A DNA stretch of 63,325 nt, the filler included, from Actinomycetota bacterium (GTDB lineage Bacteria; Actinomycetota; CADDZG01; JAHWKV01; JAOPZY01), in assembly GCA_025963875.1 (NCBI GenBank). It is 6 parts of 6 records of this genome, joined end to end, with 100 filler letters (N's around TTAATTAATTAA, not from the genome) between each part and the next. Parts side by side here need not be neighbours in the genome. Positions count along the whole stretch, not along the records: positions 44,498 to 49,117 come from JAOPZY010000182.1; positions 49,218 to 59,687 come from JAOPZY010000185.1; 4 more parts are not named here. One strand, written 5' to 3'. Under the pieces are notes generated by a model, which saw nothing but the letters and a program-made list of their open reading frames with translations, ran no database searches and was not told the origin of the DNA. A program made the position numbers and the translations under genes. Numbering within the stretch: the stretch's first letter is position 1; each line of letters opens with the position of its first letter. Positions 48,218 to 57,465 of the stretch are shown here, piece by piece.

Positions 48218-48718
48218 TTAGATCCCGGCCTGGGTGAGCGCTGCCTGGAGGGACTGCGCGTAGGCGTCGCTCGTGTACGTGGCCCCGGAGATGGTGTCGA
48301 TCTGGGCGCTCTGGGCGGCGAGGGCCTCGCTGCGTAGGACCGGAGCTACGTACTGGCTGATCGACGCCGAGCGAGCCCGGTCGTAGGGGAGCTGCGGGGC
48401 GCGGACGTCGGTCACCCGCTGTCCCGAGATGCTGAGTGCCACCTGGACGTCGCCGAAACGGGTCGTGACGACCGGGCCGGTGACCGTGCGCGACGCCGAC
48501 GCCGGCGGCGGCGATGGCGTTGACGAGGTCGGTGGGGGCGCCGAGGCGGGTGGCGTGGACGGCGCCGCGGTCGGGGCTGTCGAGCCGGGCCTGGGCGTCG
48601 ACGTCTGGGGGGCTCCTGCGGCCACGCTGAACTGGCGCGGAGCGGAACTGGTCTTGTAGTGCAGCAGCCCGACCACGATGGCCGTGGTTGCGGCGACGGC
48701 GAGGATGGCTCTGCGCAT
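48218..48718 (-). CDS. Membrane-anchored FMN-binding domain protein
   Basis: Flavinylation motif DTISGATYTS; N-terminal anchor; Pro/Ser/Thr linker. Confidence 0.92.
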   Translation of the reverse strand: MRRAILAVAATTAIVVGLLHYKTSSAPRQFSVAAGAPQTSTPRPGSTAPTAAPSTPPASAPPPTSSTPSPPPASASRTVTGPVVTTRFGDVQVALSISGQRVTDVRAPQLPYDRARSASISQYVAPVLRSEALAAQSAQIDTISGATYTSDAYAQSLQAALTQAGI

Positions 48719-48731
48719 TCGGCGGTTCCTC

Positions 48732-49117
48732 CTACAGTTCGAATTCTTCGACGTGGATGTGGCGGCGGGGCACGCCTGCGGCCCGCAGTCCCGCGATGGC
48801 CTGGACCTTCATTGCCGGGGGACCGCACAGGTAGACGTCGTGCGAGGCGATCTTGGGCACCAGCGTCCGCAGGGCAGCGGGATCGAAGGAATTGGCCGCC
48901 TTTCGGCGCGACCCGACGAGGTAGTGCACACGGGCGCCCCGGCTCTGCGCCAGGGCGTCGATCTCCTCGCGGAAGGCGAGGTCCTCCCGGCGGCGGGCAC
49001 GGTAGAGCACGGTGATGTCCCCGGGTCGGCCGCTGAGGCTCTCCATGAGGGAGCGGAGAGGCGCGATACCGACGCCGCCGCCGACGAGCAAGACCCTCCG
49101 GCGGATCCGCCGTGCCT
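48732..49117 (-). CDS. Ferredoxin-reductase-type NAD-binding domain (C-terminus of a probable membrane oxidoreductase), 5'-partial
   Basis: GGGVGIAP, VYLCGPP.M, HVEEF. Confidence 0.88.
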
Positions 49118-49217
49118 NNNNNNNNNNNNNNNNNNNNNNNNNNNNNNNNNNNNNNNNNNNNTTAATTAATTAANNNNNNNNNNNNNNNNNNNNNNNNNNN
49201 NNNNNNNNNNNNNNNNN
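49118..49217. other. Artificial contig linker
   Basis: N run + TTAATTAATTAA + N run. Confidence 0.99.
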
Positions 49218-49504
49218 ACGCTGCCCTCGTCCCACGCTCACGCAACCACCCAATGGCTGGCCTCCGCTCATGGCTCGAGACCTACTCGAGAAATGGGGTG
49301 GGCGGCTCCACGTGGTCCAGGTTGAGCGCTGCCCGGTCGTTACCGACCTTCCTTGATCCTACGCCTTCTGCAGCCAGGTGCCTAGGCCCCCGCCTCGGGG
49401 ATGGAGCACGGCGGAGCTCACATTGCTTACCGAATGGAAATTGTCATCCCCAATTCTCTGCCTCTTCTCTGTAAATTTCCGCAGGGCCGATGCGACCATG
49501 CTGT

Positions 49505-49786
49505 TCAATCGAAAGGCTGTTTGACCGCGTTATTCGCGGGCAAACAGAATCTCGATTCAGGAACCCACAACGGTTTCTGGCGGGACCGGCCGCACCGGCA
49601 GAGCGCAACCGTGCTGCGGCTCATCGCCAGAACCTGCCCGTGGTCGTCCCGGGTGCTGAACGACCCCCGTACGAGGTACGGGCCGCCGGCGTGGGTGGTG
49701 ATCGAGACCGCCCCCTTCTGCCTGGCAATCTCCAACAGGTCCTCTGCCAGATCCCCGCTGCGACCGGTGCTTCGCTCGCCCTCCAC
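49505..49786 (-). pseudogene. CDGSH iron-sulfur domain protein, broken within the motif
   Basis: GPYLVRG and VALCRCGRS..KP are present, but the expected FCDGSH is replaced by LWVPES. Confidence 0.75.
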
Positions 49787-49812
49787 GACCCCTCAGTCTC
49801 CCGCGCCGGGCG

Positions 49813-50109
49813 TCAGGACAAACCCACGCCGCCCCCGGACACCGCCGGAAGAACGACGAGCCGCTCGCCCGGGCAGAGCACCGTCGAGTGCTCGGAACCC
49901 CGGACCAGGTCGCCGCCGGCGAACAGGTTGACATGCCGGCGGAGGAGCCCCTCGTCGTCGCGTATCCGCCGCTCCACGGCAGGATGGGCCTTAGCCAGCG
50001 CGTCGAGGGCATCGGTGACGCTGGCGCCGTCCAGCACGTCGACCTCGACGTCGACGGCGCCGGCGGCGTGCTGGCGCAACGGCCCGGCCAGCTCGAAGAC
50101 CACCCTCAC
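49813..50109 (-). CDS. MoaD/ThiS ubiquitin-like protein with an extension after the GG motif
   Basis: V.DALDAL...HP....RI.D..G..RRHVNLF, LPAVSGG-GVGLS. Confidence 0.88.
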   Translation of the reverse strand: MRVVFELAGPLRQHAAGAVDVEVDVLDGASVTDALDALAKAHPAVERRIRDDEGLLRRHVNLFAGGDLVRGSEHSTVLCPGERLVVLPAVSGGGVGLS

Positions 50110-50112
50110 GCG

Positions 50113-51201
50113 TCAGCCGGCGGTGGCCCGGACGGACAGCACGGGAGGCAGGTGGCTGGCGATCAGCTCCCACCGGTCCCCCTCGTCGAACGAGGCGTAG
50201 ACCTCCCCCGACCGCGTCCCGAACCAGAGCCCGGCCGGGTCGCCACCGTCGCAGGTGAACGCGTCGCGGAGCACGGTCACGTGGGCGTCCGACTGCGGCA
50301 GCCCGTCCGAGAGGGCCTCCCAGTTCTCGGCCGCATCCCGGGTGCGGTACACGCGGCACCGGCCCTCGGGCGTGCAGCGGTACTCGTCGCTCTGCAGCGG
50401 GATCAGCCACGCCGTCCCGCCGCGCCGGGGATGGGCGACGATGGGCATGCCGAACGTCGAGGGTAACCCCGCCTCGTGCGGCTGCCACGTCGTTGCTCCG
50501 TCGTCGGAGCGGTACACGCCCCAGTGGTGCTGGAGGTAGAAGCGGTCCGGGTCGGCCGCGTCGCGTCCCACCTTGTGGACGCACTGCCCGAACTCGACGT
50601 CGGGCTCCGGCAGGAACACGGCCCTGATGCCCCGGTTGCTCGGCCGCCAGGTCGCTCCGGCGTCATCCGAGCGGTACACGCCGCCGGTGGAGATGGCCAC
50701 GATCAAGGCGTCGGGATCCCGTGGGTCGACCAGGATGGTGTGCAGGCACAGGCCGCCCCCGCCGGGGGCCCACTGGGTGCGGTGCGGGTGGTTCCAGAGC
50801 CCTTCGACCAGCTGGAAGCTCCGTCCCCCGTCGCTGCTCTGGAACAGGGCAGCGGGCTCCACGCCGGCGTAGACCACGTCGGGCTCGCCGGCCGGGCCGG
50901 GGGCAAGCTGCCAGATGCGGGCGACGCTGGCTCCTGCCCCCTCGGGGAAGGCGACGGGAGCCTCGTCCTTCTCGGTCCAGGTGGCACCCCCGTCGTCGGA
51001 ACGGCGGAGGGTGGGCCCCCAGTGGAAGCTCATCGAGGCGACGAACCAGGTGGGATGCAGGGCGTCCCGCCGCGTGTCGAGCAACGTGGCGTCCACGTTC
51101 TCGCCGGCGAAGAGGGGGCCCCGCTCGGTGAAGGTGCCGCCTCGCTCGCCAGCGAGCACGAACAGCCCTTTCGCGGTCCCGATCAGAGCGGTGGTGGCCA
51201 T
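50113..51201 (-). CDS. BNR/Asp-box beta-propeller (sialidase-like fold) protein
   Basis: GT.KGLF, repeated S.D.G.(T/S)W Asp-boxes, PGGGGLCLH, GQCVHK, QHHWGVYRSDD. Confidence 0.9.
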   Translation of the reverse strand: MATTALIGTAKGLFVLAGERGGTFTERGPLFAGENVDATLLDTRRDALHPTWFVASMSFHWGPTLRRSDDGGATWTEKDEAPVAFPEGAGASVARIWQLAPGPAGEPDVVYAGVEPAALFQSSDGGRSFQLVEGLWNHPHRTQWAPGGGGLCLHTILVDPRDPDALIVAISTGGVYRSDDAGATWRPSNRGIRAVFLPEPDVEFGQCVHKVGRDAADPDRFYLQHHWGVYRSDDGATTWQPHEAGLPSTFGMPIVAHPRRGGTAWLIPLQSDEYRCTPEGRCRVYRTRDAAENWEALSDGLPQSDAHVTVLRDAFTCDGGDPAGLWFGTRSGEVYASFDEGDRWELIASHLPPVLSVRATAG

Positions 51202-51302
51202 GCGCCCGCTATCCTACGGCGTTTGACCATCGATCCTTCCATCGATCCTGAACAGGCGGGTGGCGTGAAGCCGGCCGCCGGATGGGGCAAGCTGGCACTG
51301 CC

Positions 51303-53021
51303 ATGTCGACACCTGAAGGTGGGGAGGTTGTCGCCGACCGCTACCGCCTGGCCTCGCTGATCGGCCAGGGGGGCAACGGCGCCGTCTGGCGGGCACAGGA
51401 CACGCTGCTCGGACGAGCCGTGGCGGTAAAGCGGATCGAGATCCCGTCCCAGCTCAACGAGGCCGAGGGGGCGAAGCTGCGCCGGAAGGTGCTGCACGAG
51501 GCCCGAGCGTGCGCCCGGCTCACCCACCCCGGCGCCGTGACGGTGTTCGACGTCGTCGAGGACACCGGCCGTCCGTGCATCGTGATGGAGCTGGTCGAGG
51601 CGCCGTCGCTGTCCGAGCTCGTGCAGGAGCAGGGCCCGCTCTCCCCCGCCCAGACCGCGGAGCTCGGGCTGCACCTCCTGGACACCCTCCGGGCGGCCCA
51701 CGGCCAGGGCATCATCCACCGCGACATCAAGCCGGGGAACATCCTCGTGCCACCCACGGGGCCGCCGAAACTCGCCGACTTCGGCATCGCATCCATCGTC
51801 GGCGAGCCGGGTAACACAACGTCGGGCCTGATCCCCGGCTCTCCGGCGTACATGTCCCCCGAACAGGCCGGCGGCGGTCTCGTGGGGGTGGCGAGCGATC
51901 TGTGGTCGCTCGGGGCGGCGCTGTACTTCGCAGTCGAGGGGGTGCCGCCGTTCGTCAAGCTGGGAGCGCTCCCGACCATGGTCGCCATCGTGAACGACGA
52001 GCCGAGGCCGCCACTGCTGGCAGGACCGCTCACCCCCGCCCTCATGGCGCTCCTGACGAAGGATCCCGACGCCCGCCCCGACGCCGCCAGGGCGGCCGAA
52101 CTCCTGCAGGACGCCCTCATGCCCAGCAGGCCGGAGCCGGACGGCCGGGATCCTTCCGGGGCGGTGGCCCTGACCGCTCCCCTTCCCCCGGTGGCCACGC
52201 CAGTGCAGTCTGCACCCCCAAGGCGGTCTGCATCCCCCGTGAACTCTGTCCCTCCGGAGCGGTCTACACCCCTGGTGCGGCCTTCCCCCCCGGAGGCACC
52301 CAGGCCCAGGCCGGCCTCCGCCAGCCCGCCCTTGTGGTCGCGGCCCGCCCCGCAGCCAGTCCCTGGGCGGAGCCAGGACCCGCCAACCTTCACGCCGCCG
52401 CCCCGGAAGGACCCCGGCTCGGCGCGGCACCTGCCCGTCGGCCCGATCCTCGCCGTTCTGGTCTGCGTCGCCGCCCTTGCCCTCCTGGGCGTGGTCTTCC
52501 TCGGCCCCCGAACGAGCAATCGGCCCCCGGGACAGGCTTCGCCGGCCGCGTCGCCGGCTGCCTCCAGCGCGGCCGCGGTCACGCCGATTGGCTGGGTCAG
52601 GTATACCGACCCCGCAACCGGCTTCGTCATCGCCCACCCGCCCACCTGGACCGTCGTCGCCGACGGCACCCGGACCGACGTTCGCGATCCGACCTCCGGC
52701 ACCTACCTTCGAGTGGACCACCGGACGCCCCCCGGCGCCTCCGCCGTCGCGGCATGGCAGGACCAGGAGAAGAGCTTCACGGCGCAGTACCCCGGCTACC
52801 GGCGCCAGCAGCTGGCTTCGGCCACCTTCGACGGCTTTCCGGGCGCCCTGTGGGAGTTCACCTACCCAGTGGGCGGCGCCCTGCTTCATGCCGCCGACCT
52901 GGGCTTCATCACCGGGCGCTACGGCTTCGCCCTCTACTTCCAGACCAAGGAGGGCGACTGGCAACGCCTCCAACCGGTCTTCGAGAGCTTCAAGCGCTCG
53001 TTCAAGGCTCCGAACGCCTGA
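51303..53021 (+). CDS. Hanks-type Ser/Thr protein kinase with Pro-rich linker, one transmembrane helix and an extracellular domain
   Basis: IGQGGNG.V, VAVK, HRDIKPGN, DFG, YMSPE, DLWSLG. Confidence 0.95.
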   Translation: MSTPEGGEVVADRYRLASLIGQGGNGAVWRAQDTLLGRAVAVKRIEIPSQLNEAEGAKLRRKVLHEARACARLTHPGAVTVFDVVEDTGRPCIVMELVEAPSLSELVQEQGPLSPAQTAELGLHLLDTLRAAHGQGIIHRDIKPGNILVPPTGPPKLADFGIASIVGEPGNTTSGLIPGSPAYMSPEQAGGGLVGVASDLWSLGAALYFAVEGVPPFVKLGALPTMVAIVNDEPRPPLLAGPLTPALMALLTKDPDARPDAARAAELLQDALMPSRPEPDGRDPSGAVALTAPLPPVATPVQSAPPRRSASPVNSVPPERSTPLVRPSPPEAPRPRPASASPPLWSRPAPQPVPGRSQDPPTFTPPPRKDPGSARHLPVGPILAVLVCVAALALLGVVFLGPRTSNRPPGQASPAASPAASSAAAVTPIGWVRYTDPATGFVIAHPPTWTVVADGTRTDVRDPTSGTYLRVDHRTPPGASAVAAWQDQEKSFTAQYPGYRRQQLASATFDGFPGALWEFTYPVGGALLHAADLGFITGRYGFALYFQTKEGDWQRLQPVFESFKRSFKAPNA

Positions 53022-53100
53022 TTCTGGCTGCTTGGCTGGCGAGACGGAGGTCTTTGTGTGAAGAGCCGAAACAAGTGTCTGAAGTTTCTAAAATGGTGCG

Positions 53101-53876
53101 GTGGAGTACCCGCGCCCGCTGTTCTCCGGTGTCGCCGTGGCCCTCGTCACCCTGTTCGGCGACGACGGCTGTCTCGACGCGGATGCCACAGCTGCCCACG
53201 CCGCCCGCCTCGTCGACCTCGGCGTCCGGGCGGTCGTCGTCGCCGGTACGACGGGCGAGGCGTCCACGCTTTCACCCGAGGAGCGACGGGACCTTCTCCG
53301 GGCTGTCCGAAAGGCCATTCCCCCGGGGACGGGCGTACCGGTGATCGCCGGGACAGGCGCCCCGTCCGCCAGGCAGGCAGCCTCACCAGTGACGCCAAGG
53401 AAGGTGGGGCCGACGGGGTGCTCGTGCTGTCGCCGCCGGGAAGCGCGGACGTCCTCCCCTACTACGACATCGTCGCCGGCGCCGCCGGAGGGATGCCGGT
53501 GCTCGCCTACCACTTCCCCGCCGTGTCGCCGCCGGGCATCCCGATGCCGGCCCTCGCCGGTCTTCCCGTCCAGGGCTGCAAGGACTCGAGCGGGGATCCC
53601 GACCGCTTGCTCGAGACGATCGACGTCTGGGACGGCCCGCTCTACGTCGGGTCGTCCAGCCTGCTGTCCCTGGCCGGCCCGCTCGGCTGCGCAGGAGCCA
53701 TCCTGGCGCTCGCCAACGCCGAGCCCGAGGGTTGCATCGCAGCCTTCGCCGGCGACGCCTCGGCACAGCGGGCACTGGCTTCCGCCCACCGCCAGTCGCA
53801 AATGAGGTTCCCCGGAGGGATCAAGGCCTTGACCGCTGGCCGGTTCGCCACACCGACCGGCACCCGCTTAGGGTGA
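53101..53876 (+). pseudogene. Dihydrodipicolinate synthase-family aldolase, frameshifted near 53383
   Basis: ALVTLF, GTTGE, VIAGTG in one frame; GADGVLV, LAYHFP, GCKDSSG in another. Confidence 0.85.
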
Positions 53877-54662
53877 TGCGGCCGGGACGTCGATGGTCGC
53901 CGCCAGGCGCCGCACCCGGTTCCAGGCATTGAAGAGCCTCCCGGCGCCGAAGGCGGCAACCCGAAGCGGGAGGTCGATCGGGCGGAACCAGCGGAGCCCG
54001 TAGATCGCCCGGATGTCGGGGGGAAGGATCGCAATCACGCCGGCGGCGACGCCCGACCAGGCGGGGCGGAACAGATCGGGGATCGGCGGGTCGAAGAGGA
54101 TCATGTGCATCGCCTCCTCGGCCCCGCGGGTGAGCTGCAGCCCCGTGACCCCGGCGAGGTACTCCCGCAGCTCGCCTTCCGAGGCTGGGGCATCGTCGGG
54201 GTCGATGCCCACCAACTCGGCGGCCACCAGCATCTCGGACACGTACCGGTCGGCAGCCCGTCGCGGCAGGCATCCGCCGTACCAGCGATACGCCGTGAGG
54301 AAGGAATCCACCGCCGTGGCGTGGACCCAGAGCAGGAGGTCGGGGTCCCCGGCCCGGTACAGGCGCCCCGTCTCGGTATCGAGGACACCTTCCAGCCGGT
54401 CGTGGAGGAGGCGCACCTTCTCCCCTGCCACGATGGCCCGAGCGGTGTCGCCAAAGATGACGTCGCCGAAGTAGTTCCCCGTGCGGCGGAGCCTGCCCCA
54501 GGGATCGTCCTGGTAGTCGGTGTTCTCGAGGAACACGGCCATGACGTGTGGCTCGAGGGCCTGCATGAGCAGGGCTCGGCCCGCTCCAAGGATGGCGGAG
54601 GCATCCCGGTGGATGCGCCAGCTCACGCTGGAGGGACCAAAGAAACCTTCATCCGTCGCCAT
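53868..54662 (-). CDS. MpaB/DUF2236 (rubber oxygenase-like) family protein
   Basis: FFGP.SVSWRIH, RALLMQ, DPWGRL.RT, DPDLLLWVHAT. Confidence 0.9.
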   Translation of the reverse strand: MATDEGFFGPSSVSWRIHRDASAILGAGRALLMQALEPHVMAVFLENTDYQDDPWGRLRRTGNYFGDVIFGDTARAIVAGEKVRLLHDRLEGVLDTETGRLYRAGDPDLLLWVHATAVDSFLTAYRWYGGCLPRRAADRYVSEMLVAAELVGIDPDDAPASEGELREYLAGVTGLQLTRGAEEAMHMILFDPPIPDLFRPAWSGVAAGVIAILPPDIRAIYGLRWFRPIDLPLRVAAFGAGRLFNAWNRVRRLAATIDVPAASP

Positions 54663-54702
54663 CGCCGCTCGCCAGTCTCGCGCGGGGGCTGGTGCGTCGG
54701 GC

Positions 54703-55569
54703 TCAGACCTCGGCCGCTCCGCCGGCGCTGGACGGGTAGGCTACCGACTCCGGGACCGCTCGAGGCAGGACACACAGCTCGAAACCGTCCACGATCACCG
54801 CGAGACCCTCCTCCCGCTCCTCGTACACGATCCGGCGCGCCGCCATCGCCGCCCGCAGGGTCTCCACCTGCTCCGCAGGGAGTTCGTCGAGGGCTCGGGC
54901 GATGTAGGGGGCCTGGGATGCGAACCCGGCCATGTCGTCGGGATTCGGTTGGTAGATCGGCTCATCGCCTTCCTGACCGGCTGGCATAGCGTCTCCTTTC
55001 AGGCTTCGAATGGCCCGCGCGGGATTACCCACGGCGAGGACGTTTGCGGGAAGGCTCTTCACGACCACCGCCCCGGCGCCCACGACGCTGTTCTCGCCGA
55101 TCGTGACACCCGGGCACACGATGACCCCGCCTCCCAGCCACACGTTGTCGCCGATGGTGATCGGCCTGCCGCCCTCGACTCCGGCACGGCGGGCGTCCGG
55201 CTCGACCGGGTGGGTCGGGGTGAGCAACTGCACGTTTGGGCCGATCTGCACGTCGTCGCCGATGCGGATGGGGGCGACATCGAGGGCCACGAGCCCGAAG
55301 TTGGCAAAGGCGCGTGCCCCTACAAAGGTCTGGTAGCCGTAGTCGCAGTAGAAGGGCGCACGAATGTAGGTGCCCTCGCCAAGTGAGCCAAGCAACTCGG
55401 CCAGGATGCGGTGACTCTCCTCAGCCCGGTCCCTGGGGGTCGCGTTGAACGCCTCGATAAGCCGCGCCGCACGCCGCCGCTCCCGGGCGAGCTCCGGGTC
55501 GCCGGCGAGGTAGGGTTCGCCGGCCAGCATCCGCTCCCGTTGCGAGCGGGGCTCGGGGCGGCGGGCGAT
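54703..55569 (-). CDS. maa: Sugar O-acetyltransferase (Maa-like) read in frame into a 94-aa unknown domain
   Basis: MLAGEPY, PFYCDYG, hexapeptide repeats IGDNVWLGG, VGAGAVV, VGNPAR; no stop before AAGGAG-ATG at 54987; start ATC 55569 or ATG 55530. Confidence 0.82.
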   Translation of the reverse strand: MARRPEPRSQRERMLAGEPYLAGDPELARERRRAARLIEAFNATPRDRAEESHRILAELLGSLGEGTYIRAPFYCDYGYQTFVGARAFANFGLVALDVAPIRIGDDVQIGPNVQLLTPTHPVEPDARRAGVEGGRPITIGDNVWLGGGVIVCPGVTIGENSVVGAGAVVVKSLPANVLAVGNPARAIRSLKGDAMPAGQEGDEPIYQPNPDDMAGFASQAPYIARALDELPAEQVETLRAAMAARRIVYEEREEGLAVIVDGFELCVLPRAVPESVAYPSSAGGAAEV

Positions 55570-55571
55570 GG

Positions 55572-55841
55572 TCAGCTCCTCGCGCCGAAGCCCCTGGCGT
55601 TCTCGTCTCGTCCGTAGGTGGTGGGGCGGGCCGCCTCCGGGGCAGAGTAGATCTCCTCTGCCTTGATCCCCACACCCCTGGCGACGGATTCCGGACCCCA
55701 GGCTTCGAGCGCAGCTCGTGCGTCCTCTCCGAGGTTGGCGGCGTCGAGGAACGCCGACGGGTTCTGCTTGTAGTCCGCGAGCTTGTGCGGGTTCATCGCG
55801 AGCCAGCGGATGAATGCCTCGACTTCCGGTGATACGCCCAT
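55572..55841 (-). CDS. Small helical protein, LigA/NHLP-leader-like
   Basis: GGGAGG RBS; F...LA.NP..L..Y..NP.A.L..A.L.E..RAAL pattern followed by a flexible tail. Confidence 0.6.
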   Translation of the reverse strand: MGVSPEVEAFIRWLAMNPHKLADYKQNPSAFLDAANLGEDARAALEAWGPESVARGVGIKAEEIYSAPEAARPTTYGRDENARGFGARS

Positions 55842-55927
55842 GGTGCCTCCCTTCTCTTACCCGGCGCCTTGAGGGGCGCCTCGGGCTCGCCCTCGTTCGC
55901 GGAAGGATACCCACCTCCTTCCTGCGG

Positions 55928-57406
55928 TCAGCTCGAAAATGCGCCGCTTTTTTCGGGGACAACGGTCGACGTGGGCGACGGAGCGGGCGTCGGCTCGGTT
56001 GCGAGGTGCCGTTCGATGCCCACGGAGGTTGCGCCCAGGCCCCCGAGCGTCACGTCGTCCCATGCCTGCAGACGCCTGGTGGACCGGCCGAAGTAGAGCA
56101 CCGAGCACTCGATCGGCGTCGGGGGGGAAGCCTCGAGCGCCCGAAGGCCCGCGCCGCCGGTCGAGCCCTGGACAAAGAGCCGGCTGCCCTTGCCGATGGC
56201 CTGCGTGAACCGCCGGTGCGTGTGGCCCGCGACCACGAGCGGTACATCGGCCGCGACCGCTTCCCCCAGGGCTGGATCATGTACGAGGGCGACGTCGGGG
56301 GCCGGTCCGGCCTCCGCTGCCCGGGCAAGGCGCTGCCCCGCCACCTGGAGTTCCGGTACCGCCGGCACCTGCACCGCCAGGTTCGGGGTGAACCTCGGGT
56401 CGGCGTCCCCGATGATCCGAAGGCCGCCCACGTCGACGGTGGTTCCGCTCAACACGACGGCATTGTGGTTCCGGGCGACTGCTGCGGCGGTTCCTGCCGA
56501 GTCGTGGTTGCCCTTGACGAAGACGTACGGGATGTCGAACGTGCCGATCTGGCTGGCCATGGCATCCTCGGCGGGGCTGCCGTGATCCGTCAGGTCGCCG
56601 GCGTCGAGGATCATGTCGATGTGGAACTGCGTGACGAGGGAATGCATGATGTTCCACGCCGCCGGATTGTCGTGGAGATCCGAGACGCTCAGCACCCGCA
56701 GCGTGCTCGGATCCGGCTCGTAGGTCGGCAGCGTCGAGACCACCCCGTACAGCCGGGAGACGTTGGTCACCAACCGTCCCAGCTCGCTCCGGTAGGACTG
56801 GAACCGCGTGACGATGCTGTCGGCCGTGCCGATCAGCGAAGGGGCGCCGTCGAGGAGGCCCGTGTAGCGAGGCTGCACGATCGCCGCCGGGTTCCAGGTG
56901 AGCCCTGCGGTGGCGAGAGACGCGGCGAGCACAGCTACCGAGATCCCCCCCGAGAGCAGGGTGGGGCGGAGGCGGCGGTACGCCAGCAGGCCCAGCAGCA
57001 GCCCCCCCACAGCCGAGGCGACGAGGCAGCGCACGACCACCGCCACGATGCCCCGCCGGACGTCTCGGGCGATGCGGTCGCCCGACACCGAATCGAGCTG
57101 CCGGTTCAGGATGTTGCGGACGTCCGCCTCGTTGAGAAGCTTGACGCCGACCACCAGGCGCAGAGGGCCCTGGTGTGTCGAGAACCGGAGGGAACCCAGC
57201 GGTGGGATATCCACCACCGTTCCCCCGCCGGGCACCGGCACCGAAGGCTGCAGCGACATGCTGGCCCTGACGGGGCCGATGTCGCCGGTGGCGCGGGGCG
57301 CCAGCTGGATGCCGGCCCAGACGCCCAGCAGCCCAAGCAGCACCGGGGCCAGGACAAGCCGGGCGGTCCGGAGCCCTGGCAGGCGGCGGGTCGTCGTACG
57401 ATCCAC
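55928..57406 (-). CDS. Membrane-anchored metallophosphoesterase
   Basis: SDLH, AGDLTD, KGNHD, VH, AGHTH; N-terminal transmembrane helices. Confidence 0.9.
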   Translation of the reverse strand: MDRTTTRRLPGLRTARLVLAPVLLGLLGVWAGIQLAPRATGDIGPVRASMSLQPSVPVPGGGTVVDIPPLGSLRFSTHQGPLRLVVGVKLLNEADVRNILNRQLDSVSGDRIARDVRRGIVAVVVRCLVASAVGGLLLGLLAYRRLRPTLLSGGISVAVLAASLATAGLTWNPAAIVQPRYTGLLDGAPSLIGTADSIVTRFQSYRSELGRLVTNVSRLYGVVSTLPTYEPDPSTLRVLSVSDLHDNPAAWNIMHSLVTQFHIDMILDAGDLTDHGSPAEDAMASQIGTFDIPYVFVKGNHDSAGTAAAVARNHNAVVLSGTTVDVGGLRIIGDADPRFTPNLAVQVPAVPELQVAGQRLARAAEAGPAPDVALVHDPALGEAVAADVPLVVAGHTHRRFTQAIGKGSRLFVQGSTGGAGLRALEASPPTPIECSVLYFGRSTRRLQAWDDVTLGGLGATSVGIERHLATEPTPAPSPTSTVVPEKSGAFSS

Positions 57407-57465
57407 CCCCCGAACCTACCGCTGAGGGGGCACCTTCGGAGGGGCCGCGTTCAAGGGCGGTTGGA

